Positions 53,343-64,000 of a stretch of DNA of 64,000 nt are shown piece by piece. This DNA comes from Chrysomallon squamiferum (lineage: Eukaryota; Animalia; Mollusca). How positions within the stretch are numbered: the stretch's first letter is position 1; every line of letters starts with the position of its first letter. Where the stretch lies: positions 33,232,001 to 33,296,000 of the forward strand of contig CM022665.1 of NCBI GenBank assembly GCA_012295275.1. Reading direction: 5' to 3'. The notes beneath the pieces were generated by a model. The model worked only from the letters and a program-made list of their open reading frames with translations. It did not search any database and was not told the DNA's origin. A program made the position numbers and the translations under genes.

Positions 53343-56300
53343 TATAAATAAAATGAACACATTTCATAGGTGCAATTTTTTTTCTTTGTATTTGCAAGAC
53401 AAAATTACCAAAATAAATGTGACAGTTAATAACTGATAATTAATTAATGCCATCAAATAGTGCTGTTAAATAATATTAGCAAATCCTAATAAAAACATTT
53501 TCCAATAAACTACAGTTGTATAATAAACAACCCTTTCTGTAATAATGCAAGTGTGATCAGACAAATCTGGCAAACTCATTTTGATACATTAGGGTGGGAC
53601 TTGGCTTACTTAATGACATTATCATTATGATATATACACAATGGTGAATGTAATGATTTTTCAGGGCAAAGTGGCCATATAATGCACTTGTTTGGATCTG
53701 AAGATGATAACCAGCCTCTTTGTTCTACAATGTAACCTTAGGAAATGTGCAATGATTTCAGCATAAAACTGGGTTGTCCAAATTATGAACTGAATTTGGA
53801 ACAATGTATTCAAGTGGTTTATTTGAATTTTATTAATATACATTTGAGAGGTAGCTTCATAGTTTATTAGCATCTAACAATTAGTGGTGTATGCAAGATA
53901 TTTACAGACAAATAATTTGATGATTAGAATAAATAAAATTAATCTATTATTATCATAATTGATTATAAATACATGGTTCTGTTGTGAAATGATTATTTAC
54001 ATTGATACTTCTGAATTGCTACCAGTTTAACAGCTTTAACTAAGAATGATTCTTAACTAAAGATCAATCTTGAAACTTGTGGTCTGTTTTCAACTGTCAT
54101 TTTATGAAACAACCCTCAAATCTATTAATGCTAAATACATTTGTATATTTATTAATTTTTTAAGGTGAGAATCATTAAAAGATTAGAAGAAAAATTATGC
54201 AACTGAGTCCAAGTAAAATTAATAGCAGCAGATCCAAGAATTCTTAAGTACATCAATAAAAACAACACAAATTAAATTATTACAACAGTGATAATAAACC
54301 TTGTCAGTTCACCCACTAGATGTAACCCAACTATTCTGATTTTGATTAAAAAAAAAAAAAAAACCCAAAACAACCAAACATAATAATAATTAAAAAAATA
54401 AAATAAGAGAATTAAAAACATTTTTTTTTTTTTGTAAGAAGGTTTACTTATCACCTAAATGTAAACTTCTGCCATAATTAAACCAGCACTTTTCGAAATA
54501 CAGGTGTTTCAAATTTGACATTTTTGTTAAAATGGGCATGGTCACCAATCTCTAGACCTTAATATCCTGAACAGCACTGAAAACAACCACCAGCAGATGA
54601 TAAAAAATGTGAATGGGGATCAGCATTAAAAATATCAATGAGTAAGTATCATACAACAATGCATGATGACAAATAACTTTAAAAAGTGAGGATGAATATT
54701 ACATGAAATACAGTACCAATGTACAAGATATTGCATGCATAACATGCAAAACGTCAACTGAATTTGTAAATCATGCTAATTAGGGCTATAAACATTGACT
54801 GTGATTAGCTACTTTCCTTTATGAAGTAGTCTTTGAGAGAATGTTAAACAAATGGCATCAAGTCTGACAGCTGAGGAACATGCATGTCAGCATTTCAAGC
54901 AGAATCATTGCACAGTATTTAGGATGCCACCATTCAAACATTCACATGAGATACCAGCAGACAAAAACACCAAGAACCATTCACATCTAAACCAGTGATG
55001 TGTTATGACATCGTAATAGGTTTGTCATATTGTGTGCCTCCACATTCATGATCAAAAGCTGCCAGCAGCCAGAAGTGCACCAACTGCTCAAGACTGATGA
55101 GTGGTTTTGAGTGCAAATACTGTGCATTGCTGTCTTTGCTCTGTTGGATTGTGTGCTAAACAACCATCCTGATGTGACAGACATGGACATGAATGCCAAT
55201 GGCAGGAAAAATTATGCTGAGATTACAATATTGGTGTGGTGTGCTATCTTCCGACATATCCCATTTCCATTTAAGGAATGCTGATGGTCAGCTGCAGGTA
55301 TGGTGTAGGCATCAAAAACAGCACAATTAATAGGGTGGTGGGAATGTCATGGGGTGGGGTGGGATCAGTTATCATGTTTGTCGTTTGCTGAATAAATGCT
55401 ACTTACTTCCAGGATAAAATATTGCAAAATCATGTCATACCCTCTGTTCATAAGCAATGGGATATGTGCACATTTAAGCAAGACAATACCTAAGCATACA
55501 CATCATGTTACAAGTCAGTATCTAATGAACAATAACATCTTTTTGTCCCCCGATTTATATCCAATAAACCATCTTAGGGATTATCTTGATCAATGTCATC
55601 TCATGTCATCCACAATGAAAAATCTTAGAAACCTGGAAAACATATTACATTAGGAGTGGAATACTATCAGACAAAACACTATTTGCAGACTTACTGGGTT
55701 TATAAGAAGGCACTGCTTGGCTTGTGTTGCTGCAGAGATAGTCATATGTGCTACTGACTTAATTGTAATCCCGTTCATGCCTTTTATATGTGGCTAAACT
55801 GAAACTAATCAGTAATTGTGCATCCTTTATTTGTTGTCCTTATCAATCATTTGTCTACTGTTGTTATTGCTAAGGTGTTCTTTTCCAAATCCAAACATTT
55901 CTTGGTGATGGGATTTTAATGCTGTTCAGTACATTTAAAAATCTCAGCAACCAATGTCTGAGCTACATAATGTTGGTGTTACTAGAAACAGAAATCTTTT
56001 ATTACAGTTAGCAAAGCATACTTCATTGATTTGTAACCTTTTGACAGTGTAATCTAGGTTAAATATTTTAATTATTCATCCAAATCATAATTGATGGATA
56101 TCTCTGCAATAACCTTACATCAATAATATAATTGTAAGCTTATAATTTTAAGAAAAATATTGAGTTTTTATAGTTGAAACTGTCTGCTATAAAAAGAAGT
56201 TTTTGAGTGCTTTACCTCTTTTTTCCTTCTCTGAAAGTCTCTTTTTTGTTCTTTTGGTTTTAATCCAACTATATTGTAAGTCCGAAAATCCTCTTCAACT

Positions 56301-58729
56301 ATAAAAGTAATGCAAAAATGCCTAATGGAAATAAAATACAAAAGGGAAAAATAATAAATTAAATAAATTCAGCTAAGAAATCTATTTTGAAAATTGTTCT
56401 GCTTACATGTAATAAAAAGTAAAAGTGTTAGTAACTTAACCAAGATAATGATGAATTCATTTTTTCATTCTGATAAGAGTACTTTACATACTATTATTAT
56501 ACAACTATGAACAGGCATTTGGCAACTTATAAAAATTAGTAATATAGAGAGTAAATATTCATCTTTTAATTTGTTTTGGTGTAACAGGAAATATCCTATT
56601 TAAAATAGTAATCAGTGTGAGTAATGCAGTAAATTTATAATATTCTTCTACTATTTCTGGTACAAATAGTAAACCATTTGTCTGGCAAGCTTGAAACAGG
56701 TGGTGGTCTGGATTTCTGGACACAGGCTAAATCTTTACTTAAAATATAAAATAAACAATGACAAATAAAAAATGAAACTGCATTAAACAAATACAAATTA
56801 ATGCACTTGGTCTTTATTAATTCATTTAAAATTCTTAAAATACCTACACGGAATATGCTTTTCACTATCAAATTGCATTTCTGCTAGTCATTTTCACATG
56901 ATAATAAATGAAAATGACAGTAAATTGAAACATATAACCACTTATTGTGATATGATCACCCAAACACAACGCCACTTTCTCTTGAAATGGTGTCATGAAA
57001 ACCAAAACAAAGTGTGCCTAATTCAAAAGTGCCCAGATTCAACAATAGCCAGGATTATGGATTTTCAAGATAATAATTCTGTATCTGTCTCTATCCTTGA
57101 TCGACAATAACACTGAGGAAAGAATATATATCTTTTATTTCTAGGATTTCACTATTTTAGAACAGCCTATGTACAAAATATGCATATATTGTCATTGTTC
57201 TGTATAAAACCTGATATAAAGTAATCTAATGCCTAGAAATAAAAGATAATCTTTCTCCAGCCTTTATGTTATATATAAAATACCTTGGACTGATGCAATT
57301 CAGTAATAATTCTTTTTTCAAATCAATGGCATTAACTATAATCTGTTTTTCTACCCACTACTCTTGAAATTTAACACTGTCATTCATCATAAAATTGTAA
57401 TTCAAGTTTTCATGAACACCAGTACTGATATAAACATAAAGAAAAGAAAATTTAGTATTCTTTCAGTTTAGATCTGAGACTTAATATTAGAGTTTTTATC
57501 ATTTTATGTGGCTTTTTAAGACAATTACATGCATTTTGGATTTTTTTTTGTTGTGCTAAATATAGAGCTCTATTTTATCATTTTGTTGCTAGTGCAAATG
57601 TAAGAAGTTAGTAAGATCATTAAAAAAAAAATTAAAATTAAAAATTTCTAATTTTGTTCATATTTATTATTATTATTCTTAGTCTTATTTATGAGTAGTT
57701 TTATCTTACTGATATTCCTTCTGTGTTTTAATAGGCTAATTACAGGTCTCTATAAATTCAAATGATTATTTCAGCTTTAAAAAAATATATACATTTGGTA
57801 TGGATCATGTAATTTTCATTTGTACAAAATATTACCAAAACTACTAACATTTTACTAGTCTCCACAAACATCATCTGATTATTGCCTGATTTGTGGTCAT
57901 GTGATAAAGTTCACATATAAAAGTTTCCTGGGTGTAATATTTTTTGTCTTACAATGTCTTACAAAGGCCTACATGTATGCATAAAGTTCACATATAAAAG
58001 TTTCCTGGGTGTAATATTTTTTGTCTTACAATGTCTTACTCGATGATCAAGAAAGATGGTGATTCCTAGCATCCAGAATTGATCATTCAGGTTTTAGTTA
58101 ATCACATATTAATGGCTGAAAAGGTGTTATTTTCATGGAAACTATTATATGTTTTAGTTAACATATGGGAGATTAAATTTCAATAAAGGTCATCTCAAGG
58201 TCACGTGATCCACACGGTCAATTTCATGGTCATAACAAAGGTCAATAGGTCAATGTACTCCAATATTTTCCTAACTGAACAAAAATGGCAGATTTGGAAT
58301 CCTTGTCATATTGCCTTTTCAACAATACCAATTTTATGAAGATTGGCCCAATAGTTCCTGAGATATGAGGGTTCTAAAGTTGCTGGTCATGCCCATTTTT
58401 GCCAAAAATCTCAAAATTCGGTGGGCCATATCTCCCACACCACTGATCCGATTGGGCTAATATTTCAGATTTGGTGCTGTGGGATCCCAGTCAACAAGTA
58501 TACCAAGTTTTATAAAAATCTGAGATGGTCAGGTTTAACCCATTGGGTGATTTGACACGGAATGACCCATAGATATTATTATTATTATTTATATAATTTT
58601 GCAGTCTAAGCTTGGAAGTAGCTAAACAGTAGGCAACCAAATGCTAGACAGAACAGCTGGAAGCTATTCTGAGACTGTCATTACTGGTAATGATGGTAAT
58701 TAGCTGAAATACTGCATAGGGTCATTTAA

Positions 58730-58767
<38 letters not shown>

Positions 58768-60829
58768 ATTTTAAAAAATATCCCAAATTTAAATTATTTC
58801 AGCATCACTGGAAAAAGCTTGGAAAAAAAAATGTAATGTAATAACCATATTTATGATGGTAATTTGAAAAGTAATGGATAAATTCTTTCAGTTGTGGCAT
58901 ATTGTTTCAAGCATTATTGAAACAAATACTGTGGCTGAAGTTCATTAAATTTTCGCTTCAAAAGTTAATTGGGTATCTAATTCTAGATATATTTATAAAC
59001 ATTTAATCTACTGAAATAGAACAAAAGTAAATATCCAATCAAATTGCAGTATTTTATCACATGACCACAAATCAGGCAATAATCAGATGATGTTTGTGGA
59101 GACTAGTAAAATGTTAGTAGTTTTGGTAATATTTTGTACAAATGAAAATTACATGATCCATACCAAATGTATATATTTTTTTAAAGCTGAAATAATCATT
59201 TGAATTTATAGAGACCTGTAATTAGCCTATTAAAACACAGAAGGAATATCAGTAAGATAAAACTACTCATAAATAAGACTAAGAATAATAATAATAAATA
59301 TGAACAAAATTAGAAATTTTTAATTTTAATTTTTTTTTTAATGATCTTACTAACTTCTTACATTTGCACTAGCAACAAAATGATAAAATAGAGCTCTATA
59401 TTTAGCACAACAAAAAAAAATCCAAAATGCATGTAATTGTCTTAAAAAGCCACATAAAATGATAAAAACTCTAATATTAAGTCTCAGATCTAAACTGAAA
59501 GAATACTAAATTTTCTTTTCTTTATGTTTATATCAGTACTGGTGTTCATGAAAACTTGAATTACAATTTTATGATGAATGACAGTGTTAAATTTCAAGAG
59601 TAGTGGGTAGAAAAACAGATTATAGTTAATGCCATTGATTTGAAAAAAGAATTATTACTGAATTGCATCAGTCCAAGGTATTTTATATATAACATAAAGG
59701 CTGGAGAAAGATTATCTTTTATTTCTAGGCATTAGATTACTTTATATCAGGTTTTATACAGAACAATGACAATATATGCATATTTTTTGTACATAGGCTG
59801 TTCTAAAATAGTGAAATCCTAGAAATAAAAGATATATATTCTTTCCTCAGTGTTATTGTCGATCAAGGATAGAGACAGATACAGAATTATTATCTTGAAA
59901 ATCCATAATCCTGGCTATTGTTGAATCTGGGCACTTTTGAATTAGGCACACTTTGTTTTGGTTTTCATGACACCATTTCAAGAGAAAGTGGCGTTGTGTT
60001 TGGGTGATCATATCACAATAAGTGGTTATATGTTTCAATTTACTGTCATTTTCATTTATTATCATGTGAAAATGACTAGCAGAAATGCAATTTGATAGTG
60101 AAAAGCATATTCCGTGTAGGTATTTTAAGAATTTTAAATGAATTAATAAAGACCAAGTGCATTAATTTGTATTTGTTTAATGCAGTTTCATTTTTTATTT
60201 GTCATTGTTTATTTTATATTTTAAGTAAAGATTTAGCCTGTGTCCAGAAATCCAGACCACCACCTGTTTCAAGCTTGCCAGACAAATGGTTTACTATTTG
60301 TACCAGAAATAGTAGAAGAATATTTGTTTTCTGACATTTTTATGATTTACAAGGATGGTTGTTCGTGTTACCAAACTAACTACTTTTTCAACTTGATCAA
60401 ACTTTTCAAAATGGATTACTTTTAAGCAAATGTGTGCATAATAAACTAAAATTATAATTTGTGATAACATTAATGTATTAACTATTCTAGCTGGCAATAT
60501 TTCCCGTGTCAGAACCCAACAGAAAAGACCATTCAAGTGTGGATTGCACCCATTAAATCGGCGAAATTGGGTAGGCATTTTTTCCGGTGACTTCATTTGT
60601 GCCGTTACGAGTTATCGTTCCTGTTGGTCCAGGGACTACGAAACGATTTTTTTTCTTTCTTTCTTTTAAAAAACAAACCTTGATTTAAGCGTTGTTTTTC
60701 AGTGTCATCGAGAGACTTTTGATATGATACAGTCCTAAGTCTGAAGTTTCTAACATGATGATCCAATAATAATTTTGCTCTACGCCGAATCAACAAAATG
60801 TGTCGGCTTCCAATAACAGTCACGTCCAT
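45455..60829 (-). CDS. MRPS35: Mitochondrial small-subunit ribosomal protein mS35 (28S ribosomal protein S35), 9 exons, ~359 aa
   Basis: Exons 60829-60679, 56298-56216, 53280-53161, 51218-51098, 50373-50234, 46661-46552, 46319-46250, 46032-45913, 45619-45455 are GT-AG and phase-compatible; conserved motifs [95 protein letters not shown]. Confidence 0.95.
47611..47815 (+). mobile_element. FLYWCH-type zinc-finger remnant of a MULE transposase
   Basis: [36 protein letters not shown]...H.H; stop at the conserved Trp. Confidence 0.6.
48404..50090 (+). mobile_element. Degenerate Mutator-like (MULE) DNA transposon in MRPS35 intron 5
   Basis: MULE DDE motifs [48 protein letters not shown]..., [10 protein letters not shown] with frameshifts (48700-49800); candidate imperfect TIRs TTCCCAAAATTGGCA / TGCCAGATTCGGGAA. 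Confidence 0.85.
52303..52594. mobile_element. hAT (Charlie-like) MITE, 292 bp
   Basis: TIRs CACTGGTTTTCAAC / GTTGAAAGCCTATG, subterminal (G)CAACCCC/GACCCC motifs, perfect 8-bp TSD CTATAAAT at 52295-52302 and 52595-52602. Confidence 0.8.
54567..55929 (+). mobile_element. Degenerate Tc1-family transposon in MRPS35 intron 2
   Basis: Imperfect TIRs CTGAACAGCA...CACCA / TGGTGA...TGCTGTTCAG followed by TA; decayed Tc1 motifs [29 protein letters not shown]..., [10 protein letters not shown]. Confidence 0.8.
57904..58039. repeat. 59-bp perfect direct repeat at the inner edge of the left inverted-repeat arm
   Basis: ATAAAGTTCACATATAAAAGTTTCCTGGGTGTAATATTTTTTGTCTTACAATGTCTTAC at 57904-57962 and 57981-58039. 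Confidence 0.95.
58040..58568. mobile_element. Probable one-ended non-autonomous DNA transposon fragment in the foldback spacer
   Basis: Ends in TIR-like GGGTGATTTGACACGGAATGACCC; internal GGTCA-rich tract; 58361-58417 resembles the reverse complement of ~54510-54566, indicating a dispersed repeat. Confidence 0.5.
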
Positions 60830-61234
60830 GATTTCGCTTTACGTTTTTTTTTTCGTTTGTTTACGTTGTTGTCTAATTCTTCCACTTATAAGACGCACCA
60901 ACAGTACTAGGTGTGCGAGCTTGAAAACGAGCACTTTGTCAATATTTTTATTTTAAATTAATATATACATTATACTAAATTTTTTATTTTTTAAGATAAC
61001 GGAGAAAATACTGCAATATTTTTACAAAACAAATGATTAAACTTTAAAGGATCATTCTTTGAGTTAAATTTATGTTTGGAACACTATAAACTACGGTGTA
61101 CTGGAATTCCACTGGTAGTGGATATCCTGTTAAAACATGGAATATCAAATCAGAACATGTGATTAAAGTTAAAACAAATGAAAATTATTAATTTTTAACT
61201 TTTCCTAAAATAGATCGGAGCCGCTCACGCCTAC

Positions 61235-61838
61235 CTAGGAAAAAAAGTCACACACAAAAAAACAAAAAACACATAAAAACGTCACAGGAAAAAAGTCATA
61301 ATTTTTCATTAAGATTAAGAAATATATTAGAAATGATAGATTAAATACACTTTGTCAGAGTTTTTTTGTTAATGTTCTTTGATTTTAATGTGGTTTAGGC
61401 GGTTGTTCCACCCAGTATCTGCCAATTACAACTAAATCTTTTGCCACATTTCCACCACAACTTTGTTTTGAGAGTTGCATGTTTGGTATACATGAACCCC
61501 TCGTAACAGATTTTGTTATCACCCTTATTGCTGTAACATCCATATTAAACATACTTCTGATACTAGAGCAAGCTAGAGAATATATAATGAATCACATTTT
61601 AACCTGGGACATTTTATAAATCATTTACAATAGGAAGCCCTTAGTTTAAATCTATCCTAATCAGTAAGCTAGACCTAATCCTGCCTAACCGATCCTAATT
61701 AATAAGTGTAATAAGTCACCACCTCTGCACAGTATGAAGCCTATTCTTTAACCTAGCCTAACCAATAAACTTAACAATTACTATGATGCCACATTCAACA
61801 TTCTACAAACCCATACATTTTGTGACTTTTTTCCAGCC
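61235..61838 (-). mobile_element. Internally deleted MULE-type element with FLYWCH remnant
   Basis: Termini CTAGGAAAAAAAGTCACA / TGTGACTTTTTTCCAG with repeated AAAAGTCA motifs; minus strand SNKGDNKICYEGFMYTKHATLKTKLWWKCGKR (~61435-61535) is FLYWCH-like. Confidence 0.7.
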
Positions 61839-63170
61839 ACCAGTCATGACAATAGTATGACTGCCTTTGTCAACAATAGAAAAACTGGCTGATTTTGCAC
61901 ATTTTGACAAAAATACCTTATAACAGCATAAGACTTAATCTCATTTATTTATAGTACTGGCTTAAATATTGTATATGTTCATGATTTACATAAATAATGT
62001 ATTGTTTTGAGACATTTATTTTTGCATGTCTTTGCCATGTTTTCATTATTTTGTTATCTTGATTACTGTGCTGACCAGCAGGTAATTAGTTAATCTACTA
62101 ATGATTGTTGTTTCATTTATGAATGTTTAGTATTGTAAAAACAAAAAAAGTATTCACAAATACTCTTATCTGTCTTACATGATGTGAAAAATCTTGCACA
62201 TGTAATTCCATGATCAACCCAACTAGCCAGAGTAACCTTTGACAGAGAACAGCGCTGGACATTCAATTATTATTTTGTTTTTGAAATATATGGATGTGGT
62301 GGCCTCATAATTCTTTACTAATAGTGAATTGAATTGAATTTTAATCTGATTCTGAAAATAAATATTTTTTATTCCTTTATTTAGTTCAAAACTGCTCGAC
62401 ACTTTATAGCGAAAATGAAAACCCTGTAATATCACAAAAAATGCTACAGTTTTCTCTCTCCCATGCAGGTATGCAGTGTATAGGTTATAGCAGGGTGAAG
62501 AAAGACACCTACTTATGGTCAAATGATATATGAGATCAAGTGACAGCCTGTTTCTTTTTATTTTACTAGCTTCCATTTCTTTCCTTCACATGAGTGATGC
62601 TGATAAAGAAAGCAGTGGGCTTTTTGGATCCAATTGTCTTTGTCATTGTAATAAAATTCTTACTTCTGTTTAGTGTTATTATCTACAGAGCAAATGAAAA
62701 AAAAAAAGTGTATACCTTTTTCTGAAAGGGTTGTCACCATTTAATTTATATAGATAGTTCTAAATAATTTTCCCTGCATTTGTCAAGAAAATTGAAAACT
62801 GCTTATCCTAATGTAGACTTACATTTCTTGTGCTAGTTAATAATTATTGTTGTTACTGATCATGGTGCAGCCATGCCAAAATTCAACAGTAAATGTTAAA
62901 AAATTCAGAGATGAGAGAATTTTGTGCAGTTAAGAACAGAACTGTTTGCATTTGAATATGTCACAATCTCACAAATAGCTGTCAAAAACAATTAGTGATT
63001 CTGCCTCTGAATTAGCCAATTCAACTGAAATGATGATAAGTGTAACCAAATTGAAATTCCTTTAGTAATTAAGATACAAATACACTACATTCAGTCAAAA
63101 TGGGAAAGAGAATGAGATATATTAATAATATTTGACTGTTCCAACAAGTATTCACAATCCCATTGCAACT

Positions 63171-63971
63171 TCAGATAACTGGATTTGAAAACAGATCTAC
63201 TATTGATAATATATCCATATTCCTTTCTTGTATTTCAACAGCCACATGCTGAACAGATTCAGAAAGAATACATTGTATCTTGCACAACAAATATTTCTTT
63301 ATTGTATAATGACTAAAGCCCCCAAAAATGAACCCATACCCATTGTTTAATCTCATCAAATGTTTAAACTCATGTTTTGGAACGAAAGATGCACATTTAG
63401 CATTCTGCTTCAAAAGAACACTTTTCACTGAACATGGTTAACAGTTTTCTATACACTGAAGAGAAAAATGGCATTTGTCACTTTCACCCAGTTAACTTTG
63501 AACAGATCCAGACATAAACATACATAATTGTATTACATTATGAATTATTTAAAAGGTTAAGTTAAAAAAAAAAAAAAAAAAAAATGCTTGGGTACTTCTA
63601 GTCCGTTAACACTGTCAGTTACAAAGCACCATATTAATATACTGAAATTTTTTAATTTAGTAATTTTTTTAGTTTATATCTAAATGTACATTTTTTACTG
63701 GTACAAGTTTCAATTGAGAATCAATACTTTTTCAAAATATTCGAAAACAATCTATTTTACATACCACAAACTGGGTTATTCTTTTGCTTTATTTTGTATT
63801 GTATCAATTTTTTTATTTTATTTAGTAACTTGCGGGGGTGGAAAAAAAAAAGAAGGTAAAATAACACTAAACATACAGAGCCTTACAGATCTGATACGTA
63901 TTTATTAGAGATTCATGCTCTTGATGAAAACAGAACAATAACAATGCAAATTCCTCCCATGATAACTTGAT
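63171..63971 (-). CDS. 3' portion of an unidentified gene continuing beyond the window (possibly degenerate EF-hand protein)
   Basis: Exon 63971-63887 (IKLSWEEFALLLFCFHQEHESLINTYQI, donor GTAAGG, phase 1) joins exon starting at 63427 (LKSVLLKQNAKCASFVPKHEFKHLMRLNNG...) in frame; the 3' end is uncertain (stop at 63171 or a further donor near 63340). Confidence 0.5.
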
Positions 63972-64000
63972 CTGTTAACTGACTGATAATTAATTCTGTG

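Larger units (their letters stand above)
56639..60324. repeat. Near-perfect long inverted repeat: arms 56639-57908 and 59053-60324, spacer 57909-59052
   Basis: Arms are reverse complements (mirror ORFs 56898-57110(+) and 59853-60065(-) are identical); the only difference I noticed is a 2-nt A/T-run indel (57174 vs 59783). Confidence 0.95.

Noticed and set aside
54455-54566. Possible extra MRPS35 exon with AG/GT boundaries
   Set aside because: Stop codon in the required frame, and it resembles the dispersed repeat at 58361-58417.
56635-57110. ORFs duplicated identically at 59853-60334
   Set aside because: Simple consequence of the inverted repeat; no coding features or recognisable domain.
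57904-58039. CRISPR-like repeat-spacer-repeat
   Set aside because: Only two 59-bp units in a eukaryotic intron, no cas genes.

Overview
AT-rich, intron-containing animal (eukaryotic) genomic DNA; gene and repeat content suggest a mollusc/gastropod (inference only). Most ORFs in the supplied track are microsatellite or transposon artefacts; the real genes only appear after manual splicing. Reconstructed by hand: (1) a 7-exon secreted Gly/Met-rich protein gene (517-4583, -); (2) a 12-exon gene built largely from symmetric phase-1 micro-exons plus a long Ser/Thr-rich, basic last exon (8822-13515, -); (3) a 3' globin exon with an in-frame stop (+); (4) a single-coding-exon CCDC190-like coiled-coil gene (-); (5) a complete 9-exon MRPS35 gene (45455-60829, -), whose first intron carries a near-perfect 1.27-kb inverted duplication; (6) the 3' end of an unidentified gene at the right edge. 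Between them lie decayed mobile elements: two Ty3/Gypsy remnants (one with Gmr1-type INT-before-RT order) and a related solo LTR, an I/Nimb-type LINE, MULE, Tc1 and pogo remnants, and hAT MITEs. The most interesting candidates are the pair of adjacent, apparently lineage-specific secreted-protein genes with all-phase-1 modular exons, and the intronic foldback in MRPS35. No database searches were run; family assignments rest on recognised motifs.
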